Virus record (IMG/VR): IMGVR_UViG_3300037420_000914 | DNA from: an uncultured virus (IMG/VR IMGVR_UViG_3300037420_000914) | Taxonomy: Duplodnaviria > Heunggongvirae > Uroviricota > Caudoviricetes | DNA: 64,000 nucleotides | Direction: 5' to 3' (one strand) | In this document: positions 16,208-26,600 of the stretch, piece after piece | How positions within the stretch are numbered: position 1 is the stretch's first letter | How the letters are laid out: every line of letters begins with the position of its first letter | Made by a program: the position numbers and the translations under genes | Notes under the pieces: generated by a model | The model's input: only the letters and a program-made list of their open reading frames with translations | Database searches by the model: none | Told to the model about the DNA's origin: nothing

Positions 16208-17265
16208 AGGCCAGTCCCAACCTCGACGTCCTGCGCGCCATCGCCGTCTTGCTGGTGGTCGCCAGCCATATAGGCTTCAACCTCGGTTGGGGCGGCAGCA
16301 GTTACGACATTGAAGCGGTAGGGCGCGTCGGAGTCGCGATCTTTTTCGTACATACGAGCTTGGTGTTGATGCAGTCGCTGCAGCGCACCGGAGCCGCGCC
16401 CCTGTCCTTTTACGTGCGCCGCGCGTTCCGGATCTATCCGCTCGCTGTCGTGATGGTGCTGCTCGTCGCTGTCGGCAACTGGCTCGGAGGCATACCCTTC
16501 ACGGGCTGGGGCATCGTGAGCAACCTGCTGCTGGTGCAGAACCTTACCGGCCACGAGTCGATCCTTGCGCCGATGTGGAGCCTGCCTTACGAAGTGCAGA
16601 TGTATCTCGTGCTGCCCGCGCTGTTCTTGCTCGCGCGCTCGCACGGTGCGCGCGGCGTCGGCATGCTTCTAGTGGGATCGATAGCGACCGTCCAGGTACT
16701 TTGGGATTTCGGCGTACCCGCTACGCTCGTCCTGTACGTCCCCTGCTTCGTCTGCGGCGTGCTCGCCTTCGCAATCCCGCGCCGCCCTATCCTGCATCCG
16801 GCCCTCCTGTTCGCCGTCGTGGCCACCGCAGCGATCGTTGCGCCCGCTGCGATTGCCAGCGGCATTCAGGAGGTGCCGGTGCTCTGGGCTCTCTGCGTCG
16901 TTATGGGTGTGACAATCCCGCACTGCCGGGAAATCGAATTCCAGCCCCTTGCGCGCGCGGGCGCGTTCGTGGCGAAGTACAGCTACGGCATCTATCTCAC
17001 GCACCTGTTCGCTATCCGAGCCGGTTTTCGCTTGGCACCCGGCATCCCGGCTTGGCTGGAGTGGGTGATCTTCGTCGCCGTCCTCGCAGCCTTCGTGCGC
17101 GTGGCCTACCGATGGATCGAAGCGCCAGGAATCGCCTTGGGCGTGCGCTTGGCGGTCAGGCTACGTGCAAACGAACACTTGCGGCCTGACGGAGCCGCCC
17201 GCAGCAGCGACACCGGGAAGCCACAAGCGACGGGGTTCCTGAAAGATGCCCCACGGGTTCGCTGA
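16204..17265 (+). CDS. Acyltransferase-3 (OafA/Oac-like) membrane O-acyltransferase (moron)
   Basis: LDVLRAIAVLLVVASH, FYVRRAFRIYP, WSLPYEVQMY, SYGIYLTH, YRWIEAP. Confidence 0.92.
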   Translation: MKASPNLDVLRAIAVLLVVASHIGFNLGWGGSSYDIEAVGRVGVAIFFVHTSLVLMQSLQRTGAAPLSFYVRRAFRIYPLAVVMVLLVAVGNWLGGIPFTGWGIVSNLLLVQNLTGHESILAPMWSLPYEVQMYLVLPALFLLARSHGARGVGMLLVGSIATVQVLWDFGVPATLVLYVPCFVCGVLAFAIPRRPILHPALLFAVVATAAIVAPAAIASGIQEVPVLWALCVVMGVTIPHCREIEFQPLARAGAFVAKYSYGIYLTHLFAIRAGFRLAPGIPAWLEWVIFVAVLAAFVRVAYRWIEAPGIALGVRLAVRLRANEHLRPDGAARSSDTGKPQATGFLKDAPRVR

Positions 17266-17955
17266 CCATTCGGCAATCTCGGAGTCGGACCAAGCGCGAG
17301 CGACGACGCCTACAAGGTAGTTTTCCTCAAGATCGCCGCCAATCGATACGTCCGCTGTCGATGAAGCAGTGGAAGCCGCATTGATCGAAGTGCTCCCGGC
17401 AAGTTTGATGCCGTTGCGCCAGATCTCGCGACCTTTTGCCGCTCCGGCGACGAACACCAGCGCGTGGACGTTCGTGTTCTTCGTCCCCCACGATGCGCTG
17501 ATGCGGTGCGTTCCGTCGGTTGAGCCGTAGTCCCAGTAGCAAACGCCGTCCGAGAACGGCGCACTCAGAATGATGCGGTTGCTGTTGGTGATAGTGAACC
17601 CAAAGCTGGTCGCAGCGCGCAGGGTCGTGTCCATGTGGCGGCGCAACATGAACACTGTGCACTCGGACGTGTTCGGGAACACCACCCCCGAATCCTGCGA
17701 AGCCACAACATACGCCGCGCCCAACGCATTCGATACGAACGCCATCCCCATCGCACGTCCGTTGATTACGGCCGAACTGCTGGAAGGGACGAAGTTGTTG
17801 CTGTTGATTCCCTTGAACCAGCTGCGCGACCAAGTGCGCCCAAACGTCGGCACAGCGAGCATCGTCGCGCCATTGAGCAAGTGATGCCCGAGGTTGATTT
17901 GCCCCCACGATGCGGGCTGAACCCGCATCGGCTGCGGCTGGATGATCGATGCCAT
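17161..17955 (-). CDS. Putative virion protein, concanavalin/LamG-like beta sandwich
   Basis: Position after tail genes; Ser/Thr-rich; RAWSDSEI...NPW. Confidence 0.6.
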   Translation of the reverse strand: MASIIQPQPMRVQPASWGQINLGHHLLNGATMLAVPTFGRTWSRSWFKGINSNNFVPSSSSAVINGRAMGMAFVSNALGAAYVVASQDSGVVFPNTSECTVFMLRRHMDTTLRAATSFGFTITNSNRIILSAPFSDGVCYWDYGSTDGTHRISASWGTKNTNVHALVFVAGAAKGREIWRNGIKLAGSTSINAASTASSTADVSIGGDLEENYLVGVVARAWSDSEIAEWSANPWGIFQEPRRLWLPGVAAAGGSVRPQVFVCT

Positions 17956-18402
17956 TTAAGCGACCGTGGCGCCGATTTCCGCCGTCTTGATCGCACCCGC
18001 CGTGAACGAGGCGCCGCTGTCGTTCTTGACGACGAACTTCAGCTTCGCCGGCAGCACGCCGCCGAAGGCGTTTGCGACGGAGAAGAACTTGCGCTGCTGC
18101 GTGGAGTTGGACGGCAGCGGCAGTGTCCCGACGTACGTGAGAACCGCTTCGTCAGTGGTCGTCAAGCCGCTGGTCGGGCCGGTCTGGTAGTTCGTGCCGT
18201 CGCTCGTGATCGCGAACACGATGGCTTGCTTGTTGCCGCTGACGGTGCCCGGCGTGGCTTCGAGCATCACCAGCAAGTCAAGCGGCTGGTTGGTCGTGTT
18301 GTCGACCTCGTTGGACAGCACATAGGTAGCCGAAGCCAGCGTGGACAGGCCGGTGACGGTGACGGCGTTGAAGGAGCCGACTGTTTGCTTGACGGTGCTC
18401 AT
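17956..18402 (-). CDS. Putative virion structural protein
   Basis: Thr/Ser/Val-rich beta-type protein in tail cluster. Confidence 0.6.
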   Translation of the reverse strand: MSTVKQTVGSFNAVTVTGLSTLASATYVLSNEVDNTTNQPLDLLVMLEATPGTVSGNKQAIVFAITSDGTNYQTGPTSGLTTTDEAVLTYVGTLPLPSNSTQQRKFFSVANAFGGVLPAKLKFVVKNDSGASFTAGAIKTAEIGATVA

Positions 18403-18854
18403 TGGATGACTCCTGCGGCCCGCAGGTTGCTTTCGGTGATGGGGGGAAGAGCGAGCTGTTCGGCGCGCGAGCAGTCCTGAACTGCCATCTCTTTGAGGGC
18501 GTCGGCTTCGGCTTGCACGAGTACGTCTGGCACGAGCGCCTGGATGGATGCCTGTGTGACGGGATGGCCAACGTCCAGCCCGCCTTCTTGCTGAAGGAAC
18601 TTCATCGCCCACTTCACGGTGCTGACCTGCGTGGCGGCGGCTTCGAGCTTGTCAAGGATCGTGGAGGCCTGCGCCCCGCACTCGGCAAGCACGGTGCGCG
18701 CGGAAACGAGGCGCGGCTTGACCATTGAGCTGGTCTGCGCGTTGAGCAGTTCACACACCATCCCCGGTGCGTCTGGCAGGTGCTGCGCATAGCCCAGCCC
18801 TGCCGGGTCGCCCTGCACTTCTGCGGCGAGAGCCGCGAGTTGATCGCTTGTCAT
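18399..18854 (-). CDS. Hypothetical tail-cluster protein
   Basis: ATGA coupling; operon context. Confidence 0.6.
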   Translation of the reverse strand: MTSDQLAALAAEVQGDPAGLGYAQHLPDAPGMVCELLNAQTSSMVKPRLVSARTVLAECGAQASTILDKLEAAATQVSTVKWAMKFLQQEGGLDVGHPVTQASIQALVPDVLVQAEADALKEMAVQDCSRAEQLALPPITESNLRAAGVIQ

Positions 18855-18870
18855 GTGAGCCTTTCAGGGA

Positions 18871-19914
18871 TTAGCGGGTGCCCACGAGCACACCGCCGAT
18901 GTCGGCGAGAGTTGCGTCTGGCGAGGTAGGCGCGATGATCGAAAGGACGTCTCCCGCCGCGAAGGTGGTCTGGCTCGCGGCGATGAAGGTGGCAGTCGTG
19001 CCAGCGGCAGCAAAGCGGATCGTGCCGAACGAAGAGCCGTTCTTCTGGACATCGAAGTCCGTCTGTGCAGTGGCCGCGACTCGGGCCTTGAAGACGCTGT
19101 TCGTCAGGCTGGCGGGGAATACCACGGCGCGGGCGAGCGGTACGCGCGTCACGAGGGCGCTTGCCGTGGGCACGCCGGGATAGAACGCGGTGAGGTCGAA
19201 GGGCGGCGAGGTCCATTGTGGATTCGCCGCTGCGCCTTGCGTCTGCAACACCTGGCCCGAAGTCCCGGCCGCGAGCCTTGCCCAGCCCGCCGCACCGCGG
19301 TACAGGATGTCCCCCTGCGCCGCCGACCCGATGAAGTCCAGCAGATCGGACAGCGTGAGTTCTTCGGGATCGCCCGCGCCTGCTGTCTTTCGCCCCAGCA
19401 CGCGCGAGGTAGCGGACACGTTCTGCATCTTGGCGTACGTGACGACATCGTTGTCAATCGCCCATGCCGTACCCGAACTGGAGACGGTGATGTCTCCCTT
19501 GTCGCCATCGGTGAGCGTGCCGCCCGCACCGCCCGAGGCATACAGCCCACCGGGGCCTACGCGATGATCCTCGTAGCTGCTGACGGTCGACGAGCCGGTC
19601 ACGACCTTGTACAGGCGAGCGTAGTTGCCGGTGTCGGTCCAGTTCGTCGTCGCGGTGGAGGCGGTGATTGCGCCTGTGGTGCGATTGGCGACGATGTAGC
19701 TGGTCGTGCTTGCGCCGAGGGTGAGGACCGCGTTGGAGACCGTGGAGCCGCCCCAGCGTCCGCCATACAGCCCGAATGAGAGACCGCTACTCGCTTCGGC
19801 GTGTCGGCCGCCGAAGGTCGAGGCGGAACCGGCATCGAACAGGGCATTCGCAGTCGTTTCTTTCGAGGCCTGCGAAGCGGCGATGGTTTCGAGGTTTGTT
19901 GAACTGTCTGCCAT
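18871..19914 (-). CDS. Putative tail fibre / receptor-binding adaptor
   Basis: QASKETTANALFD N-terminus; GDILYRG..GWARL..GTSGQVL; follows central tail protein. Confidence 0.7.
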   Translation of the reverse strand: MADSSTNLETIAASQASKETTANALFDAGSASTFGGRHAEASSGLSFGLYGGRWGGSTVSNAVLTLGASTTSYIVANRTTGAITASTATTNWTDTGNYARLYKVVTGSSTVSSYEDHRVGPGGLYASGGAGGTLTDGDKGDITVSSSGTAWAIDNDVVTYAKMQNVSATSRVLGRKTAGAGDPEELTLSDLLDFIGSAAQGDILYRGAAGWARLAAGTSGQVLQTQGAAANPQWTSPPFDLTAFYPGVPTASALVTRVPLARAVVFPASLTNSVFKARVAATAQTDFDVQKNGSSFGTIRFAAAGTTATFIAASQTTFAAGDVLSIIAPTSPDATLADIGGVLVGTR

Positions 19915-19926
19915 CGGTTTCTTTCG

Positions 19927-22900
19927 TCAGATGCTGCCGTCTGCCGAATGCCCGCGGCCGACGGTGGCCGAGAGCATGTAGACGCGGAAATAGATCGGGT
20001 TGCCCGGGGTAATCCCATCGGATGTCTGCGAACTGGCGCTGTAGCTCGCCGTGGGCGATGTGAGCCCGGTGATCGCGCGCAGGCGGGTCGTGTAGCTGCT
20101 GCTGGAGTAAATCTCGACCTCGTAGGCCTCGCTCGCTTCGCCGAGGGGGACGTCAACACCCGAGCGCCATTCACCGGAGATGCGCGAGCGGCGCGTCCAC
20201 GTCAAAGTGGCGTTGTTCGATGCGTCCCGCCCCCCGCCCAGGTGCACAGGCGCGTAGGGCTTGAGCCCCGTTCCTTCGTTGGTGAAGTCCTGCGCGTTCG
20301 CCGTGGCCAGCGTCATGCCGTTTGTGACGGCCTTCCACTGCTTGGCGATGCCGATGTCGGCCGTGGCTTGCGTGACGCGAACGAACTTGGCGGGATCGAC
20401 GAGGACGAACCGATCGCCGATGGCGTGCCCGCTCATTGCGTATTCGCTGCCCCTGCGGCCCCGAAGGAACCCGCGCAGCGTGTAGGTGCCGTTCGTCTCC
20501 AGCGTGGCATCTCGGAAGAACAGGATCTCGTCGCCAATGACGGCCATGTTCACGCCAGACAGCAGCCCGGCGTTGCTCGTGGACGAGAGCGAGCCGTTGT
20601 GCATCGACACGTTCACATGCGAGAGCTCGTCGACGATGTTTCCGCCGGGAAAGTCCGACAGGACATCCGTCGTGTTCCCCATCGTCGCTTCGCCGGTCAC
20701 GGTGAAGGCCACGGTCCAATTCGCCCCGCCATCGACAGACACGTACACCGTGCAGCCCGCCCAGCCCGTTGCGTTCGGGTCTGCTGCGCACGCTGCGGCA
20801 TAGAACCCCGCATCGTCGTCCGCATCCCTGAGCATGTCGATGTTCAACAGCTCCAGCAAGGTCAAGGACGGCGGCGTGATCGTTTCATCCGGCGGCGGCG
20901 TTTCCGCCACGATCACGTTCGGCACGTACGTGTCGGAGTCGTCGCGAACGCACTGCAATTCGAAGTACGCGCCCTTTTGCGTCATCTCCGTGATGCGCAT
21001 GGTGTTGCCCGCGACCCCGATGAGATCGGTGGGCATCAGGTAGGCGTACTTGTAGCCCAGAGACAGCTTGCGGGTGACGCGCGAGATCCACGGATCATGC
21101 AGATTGACCTGCGCGACCTGCAGCGCCTTCTCGTCGGTCATCACCATCGCGAGGTCGATGCGTTGCTCGTCGCCGCTGTAGCCCACCAGACGGCGCGCGT
21201 ACTTGCTGGCCTGAGAGTATTTCGTTGCGGCCAGAACGTAGTTCACCGACATCGTGGAGGGAAGTTCCTCGTCCATGATGCGGGTCGTCTCGTACAGGTC
21301 GCTGTGGTCTTCGCTGCTGTCGTGCGCGCCGAGGTCGTCGTCGGGAATCTCCACAGCGATGTCGCCGCCGCGCTTGATGAACTTGATCTTGCCTTGGTCT
21401 TCGACGGCATCGAAGAAGTACGCCGCCATCAGTTGGCTGATCGCATCGCGCACCGCGACCTGATTGGCGATGATGTACCCGTCGACTTGATCGGTCAGCT
21501 GGGAAACGTCGATCTGGTCGGCACTCAGGCCTGCCCGTTCCGATAGGTCGGTGACGACCTCCGCGAGCGTCTGGTATTGCAGGGTGGAGTCGGAGCCGCC
21601 CAGAGCCGCTGTGATGTACGGCAGCGTCGGCGGCGAGTCTTCGCCATTGGCATAGAAGCCGTTGAAGCGCAGCGCCTGCACCTGGCTGGTGACATCATTC
21701 CACATGACATCGTTCAGCCTGTTCGTGCCGTGGTACACGCCCGTCTGGGCCTCTCCGGTGAGCGGGACCCCGGCATCCGAGTTGAAGCCCACGAACTGAT
21801 CGCGCGCGAGCCATACCTCGCCGCAGTACCACGCCTGATTGGGCGAGCTGGGGATGAAGCACCACGGCTGATCGGCCGTCCCGAAGAACGGGTCCGCCAT
21901 CGAGCCCGAGCCGACCGTGGTGGTCGAGTCGTAGCAGCCGTAGTAGAACGTGCCCGCCGCGCGACTTGCCAGCCACAGGTGCCCGCTGTTCGGATCGACC
22001 GCACCATCCGTGGACCCGGCAAAGTTCGTGGGCATCGTGCCCACGGTGATGGAGGATGTCGTGGTGTGGTCAAGGTCGTAGCGCGCGACGTTGCCGTTTG
22101 CAAGCACCGCCCACGCAATCCCGCCGCTCGGCCCGGTGTACACCCAGCTTGCCGCCGATCCACCGGAGTCGATCGTCTGCGTGGCTGAAAGCGTGTGCGT
22201 GCCGGTGTTCACGTAGTACAGCTTTGAGCCGCCGCCCGAAAGCGCGAAGACGAAGACGTACTCGCTACCCGAAAGCACGACGCCCTTGAGCGTCTCACCC
22301 GAGGCTGGCGTGAACGGCGCGTGCCATGTCAGGGCGCCAACGGCTAGGTTGATCGTGAAGTAAACCCCGTCCGGCGATGTTGCACTCGTCAGGTTGCGGT
22401 TCGTGATCAGCACATTGCCGTGCACGGCGTCGTACACGATCGACTGCTGCGGAACGTAGTTCTCGTCGACCGGCCAGTTGTGCACGAGGCTCATCGTGGC
22501 CTTGCTGTACACCAGCAGGCCATAAAACGAGCCGTGGTAGGCGATGATCCAGTTCGCCCCGCCGTCGATCATGGCGTTGAACCACACCGTCCCCAGAGAA
22601 GGCGGAGCCTCGCCGCCCTTGCGCCCGACCTCAATGGTCAGGAACGGGATGCGGTTGCCGTCGTGCGATGAGACGTCGAAGTTCTCCCACACGATGTAGG
22701 CATAACCTCGATAGGCGGGGACATTGCCCGCGCCGAAGAGCGACTCCAGATACGGGTCGGGCAGTTGGTCTTCGTTGCCGTCATAAAAGCGTAAGGTGCC
22801 GCTTTCGACGCTGGCACCCACGGTATCGCGAACAAGGCGTTTATCCGGCCCCGCCCATATCCTGCCAAGATCAAGGTCTCCGTCGCTCTCGCCGATCAGG

Positions 22901-23211
22901 ATCGCGAAGTTCGCGACATAGGTGGGGCCGTCGGTTTGGGGGCTGCCTCCCTTGCCGCCGCTGGCACCGGTCTGCACGAGGTCGGAGGCGGAAATCACGT
23001 TGCCGCCCACGGCCATGATCGAGTAGATGATCGGGATCGGCCTGCCGTACTCGGATGCCTGCGGGCGCAGGTCGACCATGCCCGGACCGCTTTTGCTCCT
23101 GCTGTCGACCAGCGAGCCGAGGGTGGAGCCCACCATCCAGCCGAGCTGCGGGCTTCCGAACGAAGAGCCGATGACGGCCCCAACAACGCCTCCAACGAGT
23201 GCGCCGCTCAT
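19927..23211 (-). CDS. Central tail / host specificity protein (GTA-like tail tip)
   Basis: SEYGRPIP, VPAYRG, FLRGRRGSE, LTWTRRSR, EAYEVEI. Confidence 0.88.
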   Translation of the reverse strand: MSGALVGGVVGAVIGSSFGSPQLGWMVGSTLGSLVDSRSKSGPGMVDLRPQASEYGRPIPIIYSIMAVGGNVISASDLVQTGASGGKGGSPQTDGPTYVANFAILIGESDGDLDLGRIWAGPDKRLVRDTVGASVESGTLRFYDGNEDQLPDPYLESLFGAGNVPAYRGYAYIVWENFDVSSHDGNRIPFLTIEVGRKGGEAPPSLGTVWFNAMIDGGANWIIAYHGSFYGLLVYSKATMSLVHNWPVDENYVPQQSIVYDAVHGNVLITNRNLTSATSPDGVYFTINLAVGALTWHAPFTPASGETLKGVVLSGSEYVFVFALSGGGSKLYYVNTGTHTLSATQTIDSGGSAASWVYTGPSGGIAWAVLANGNVARYDLDHTTTSSITVGTMPTNFAGSTDGAVDPNSGHLWLASRAAGTFYYGCYDSTTTVGSGSMADPFFGTADQPWCFIPSSPNQAWYCGEVWLARDQFVGFNSDAGVPLTGEAQTGVYHGTNRLNDVMWNDVTSQVQALRFNGFYANGEDSPPTLPYITAALGGSDSTLQYQTLAEVVTDLSERAGLSADQIDVSQLTDQVDGYIIANQVAVRDAISQLMAAYFFDAVEDQGKIKFIKRGGDIAVEIPDDDLGAHDSSEDHSDLYETTRIMDEELPSTMSVNYVLAATKYSQASKYARRLVGYSGDEQRIDLAMVMTDEKALQVAQVNLHDPWISRVTRKLSLGYKYAYLMPTDLIGVAGNTMRITEMTQKGAYFELQCVRDDSDTYVPNVIVAETPPPDETITPPSLTLLELLNIDMLRDADDDAGFYAAACAADPNATGWAGCTVYVSVDGGANWTVAFTVTGEATMGNTTDVLSDFPGGNIVDELSHVNVSMHNGSLSSTSNAGLLSGVNMAVIGDEILFFRDATLETNGTYTLRGFLRGRRGSEYAMSGHAIGDRFVLVDPAKFVRVTQATADIGIAKQWKAVTNGMTLATANAQDFTNEGTGLKPYAPVHLGGGRDASNNATLTWTRRSRISGEWRSGVDVPLGEASEAYEVEIYSSSSYTTRLRAITGLTSPTASYSASSQTSDGITPGNPIYFRVYMLSATVGRGHSADGSI

Positions 23212-23639
23212 TCTTCGATCCCCGCATAGCGCCAAGCCGCGACGATGCGCGAGCGCCAGATGTCATCGAGGCGATGCTCCACGACTTTCATCAGCCCTGC
23301 TCCGTTGTAGGCGTGGATCAGCGACAAACCGCCGTGCACGTAGTCGCCGACGATCCCCAGGTGCTGGGGTTCGCCGTCAAAGCGCATCCACACGACGTCC
23401 GCTGGTGCGATGTCCTTCTTCGGCACGCGAACAAGGTGTGCGTCGAGCGCGGCGCGCATTTCGGCGGGAACCGGCGTGCGGCCGTAGCGCGTGTAGTCCG
23501 TGAGCGGGATGCCCAGCGTCTTGGCGACGTGCACGGGCACGCCTGCGCAGTCGAGCGCGACACCGGCCACACGGCCCTGGTGTTGATAGCGCGTGCCGAT
23601 GGTTTGGCGCGCGATTGCGATGACTTCGCAGGCCTTCAT
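23208..23639 (-). CDS. NlpC/P60 tail-associated peptidase
   Basis: GTRYQHQGR...LDCAG...HLGI...LIHAY. Confidence 0.88.
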   Translation of the reverse strand: MKACEVIAIARQTIGTRYQHQGRVAGVALDCAGVPVHVAKTLGIPLTDYTRYGRTPVPAEMRAALDAHLVRVPKKDIAPADVVWMRFDGEPQHLGIVGDYVHGGLSLIHAYNGAGLMKVVEHRLDDIWRSRIVAAWRYAGIEE

Positions 23640-26600
23640 GGAGTCCACCAGTTCCCGGAAACGACTATCGCGCTCAGCAGCTGAATCTCAGTGCTGTAGT
23701 AGGTCGACTCGGGATGTGCTTTGGCGTGCGTCCACAGCGCATCCAGCCAACTCTGGAAGCGCACGTCGCATATGGCCCCGACCATCATCGGGCAGTAGAA
23801 GGCCGCATCGATACAGAACGGATTTGCTCCAACCAGACCGCTGCCGTCCAACGCGTAGCCGTTGATGATGTTTGTCACCGCCCCGCCGGTCGTCGAGGAG
23901 AAGAACGTCTCCATACGAGTGAGGTAGGTCTTGACGTCCGTGTCTCCCGTCATCGCGAAGTCAGTGCCGAAGCGCCACGGGTCGCGGCACGCGTTGTACC
24001 AATAGCCGTCCTCGTGCGGGTTGCCGCCATCGTTCACGGCGGTCGTCAGGAACGGATTGGCAGTATCTACACCGCCAACCCAATCGGGCAACAGACCCGT
24101 GGCTGGCGCGTAGTTGCGCTGCATGTAGTCGGTGATCCGCTTTTGCTGCGCGATCGCGTTGTCCCAGAACGAATCGCCTGTCGCGCGCTTGAATGCGCGG
24201 AAATGGCCGAACATGTAGTCGGACGTGCGCCCCTCGTGCATCACGCCTGCCGTCTCGACAATGTTGCCGTTCACATCGAAGGCGTACGACTTGATCTGCG
24301 CGAGCATCGCCTGCGCGATGGACTTGTAGTTCCACGTCCCGCCCGATCCCCACTGCACGTCAGCCATCAGCAGCGCGAGCGCGATGTCCATATCCCCGTC
24401 CAACGCGGGCCATTGAGCTCCGGCATCGGTGCCGTTCGCGTAGACACGCCAGCTCATAAGCTCGCTCATGTTGATGACGCCGCCGTAGTCCTTTGAGCGA
24501 ACCGCGCGCACCGTGGACAGCAGTGCATCGAACTTCTGCTGTGCGCCCCCGTCGTAACCGGACATCAGCACGGTGATCAACATGCCGTAACCCATGCCCT
24601 CGGACACGGTTGCAAATGTTGGGTCCGAGTACTGCACCCACGCAGCACCAGCCGGCAGCAGCCCCATGCCACCGGGCGTGGTCTTGTACAGGTTCGCGAC
24701 CCACGTGTCGTACTGCTGCTTGATGAACGCGTCCATGCTGGCCAGCGTGTCGGAGGGCGTGCTCACGCCAGACGCGTACGCCACACGACGCGAACCGAAC
24801 GGATAGCCACTGCCGCTGGAGCCAGCGGTCCCGCCGCCGCTGCCCACGCCGGCGTAGGCGTTGATTTCGGCGTCGGTGAACAGGCCCCGGCTCGTAAGCT
24901 CCGCGCGCTCCGCCGAGGACAGCGTCCCGCCGGCAAATGCGGTGGCGATATACAGCGTGACCTTGGGCGTGGTCATGTTGTAGAGCAAGCCGAAGCGACC
25001 TTCCGCGCCGCCGCCGCCCTGGTCGACGAGCTCATAAAACACGATCGATTCGACAAGCGTCTGATTGGCGATCAGGTACTTGCCGTGCAGGACGTTGCCC
25101 GCCCACCCCTGCTCGGTCAGCGTGTCGCCGGCCGCGTTGCCGTAGCCCGAATCGTAGATTTCATTGGCGTTGAACTCGTTGATGGTGACGGGCTTGCCCA
25201 ACCGCTCGATCATCCCCAGCGCGCCTGTCGGATACCACCACGTATCGTTCGTGGCCTCGGTCTGGTCCGGGTAGTAGTGGAACGAAAGCACGTCCCACGA
25301 CACGCCTTTGGAATCGAGAAAGTCGATCCACGCGTAATCGCGTGTGCAAAGACCATTCAACACGCGCAGCGCGCGACCGCTGGCCGTGGCCTTGTCGCGG
25401 ATCGCCTGCGCCATGCCCTTCTGGTACGCCGCCATGGTTTCGCAACCCGGCTGGCCCGTATACAGGTCGGTGCCCTGTGCGCTGTTGCGAGGGACCTCGT
25501 TCGTGATGATGGCCCTGTTCTGGACCTCGTTCATGATTTCGAAGTCGAGCACGACGTCGTAAACGGAGTTGAGCAGCGTCGTCGTGTTCGCGTAGGCCGC
25601 GTTGTAGGTGGCCGTCAGGTCGCTCGAAGGTGCGAGCGTCCACGACCCAGCAGGCTCAAGGACAAGCTGCACCGCGCCGCCATAAGCGTTCACCTTGGCG
25701 ATCATGTCGCGCAGGTTGGTGACGTTCGTGGTGTCGTCCATCAACATCCGGACGGCGCGCATGTTGCGCGCTTGCAGGATCGTTGCGATGGCCGCGTTGG
25801 TCGTGCCGTAGAACGATCCGCCATCGTGGATGTTGATGCCGATGCTCACGCTCGAAGGCGACGGCGGAGGCGTACCGGGCGAAGGGGACGGCGGCGGTGG
25901 GGCAGGAGGTGGCGGCGAGCCGGGAGGCGGCGGCGGCGAATGCGCAATCACCGGAGTGGGTGTCATCGTGGTCCCGGGGCCGCCGAAGACGCCGACACCC
26001 GGCAGATGGGGGAAACCCCGAAAGTTCAGCGCGTTGTTGAACTTGCCGATGCAGTCTTCGTAGAAGCGCTTTTGGCAACCGGCGTACACCGTGAAGCTGT
26101 CGGGAACGCTTGGCGCCGGGTCGCTGCCGCTGCCTGGTGGCGGAAATGGCATCCCCGGGGTGTCCGCTGCGGTGATCTCTTCGGGCATTCCCTCGAACAA
26201 CTCGAAGATGCCCGACCCACCCGAGAGGGTGTACGCCTTGACCTCCATCGACAGGCCATTGTTCAGGCCGGATGTGAAGGTGAGAAGCCCCCCGGTGAAC
26301 CAGTCCGTGGGCTCGGTGCGATCAGGTGCCGTGATGACCTTGTTGTCGTCGACATGGGCCACGTAGCCCGTCACCGTCCACGGCGCAAGGTCGATCTTGC
26401 AGCGCGCATCGCCCAGATTGGCGTTGCACTCCTGCGTGACCAGCCGCCCGATCTTGCGCGAGTAGGCCTGCGTCAGGCCCCGAAGCTCGGTCTTGAACTG
26501 GCTGCGCCCGGCGGTGACTCTGCCCAGCGTGCCGCTTCGGACGATGTTCTTGCCCATCGTCAGGTCGGCGAAGTTGACCTCGAAGATTTCGATCTGCGCG

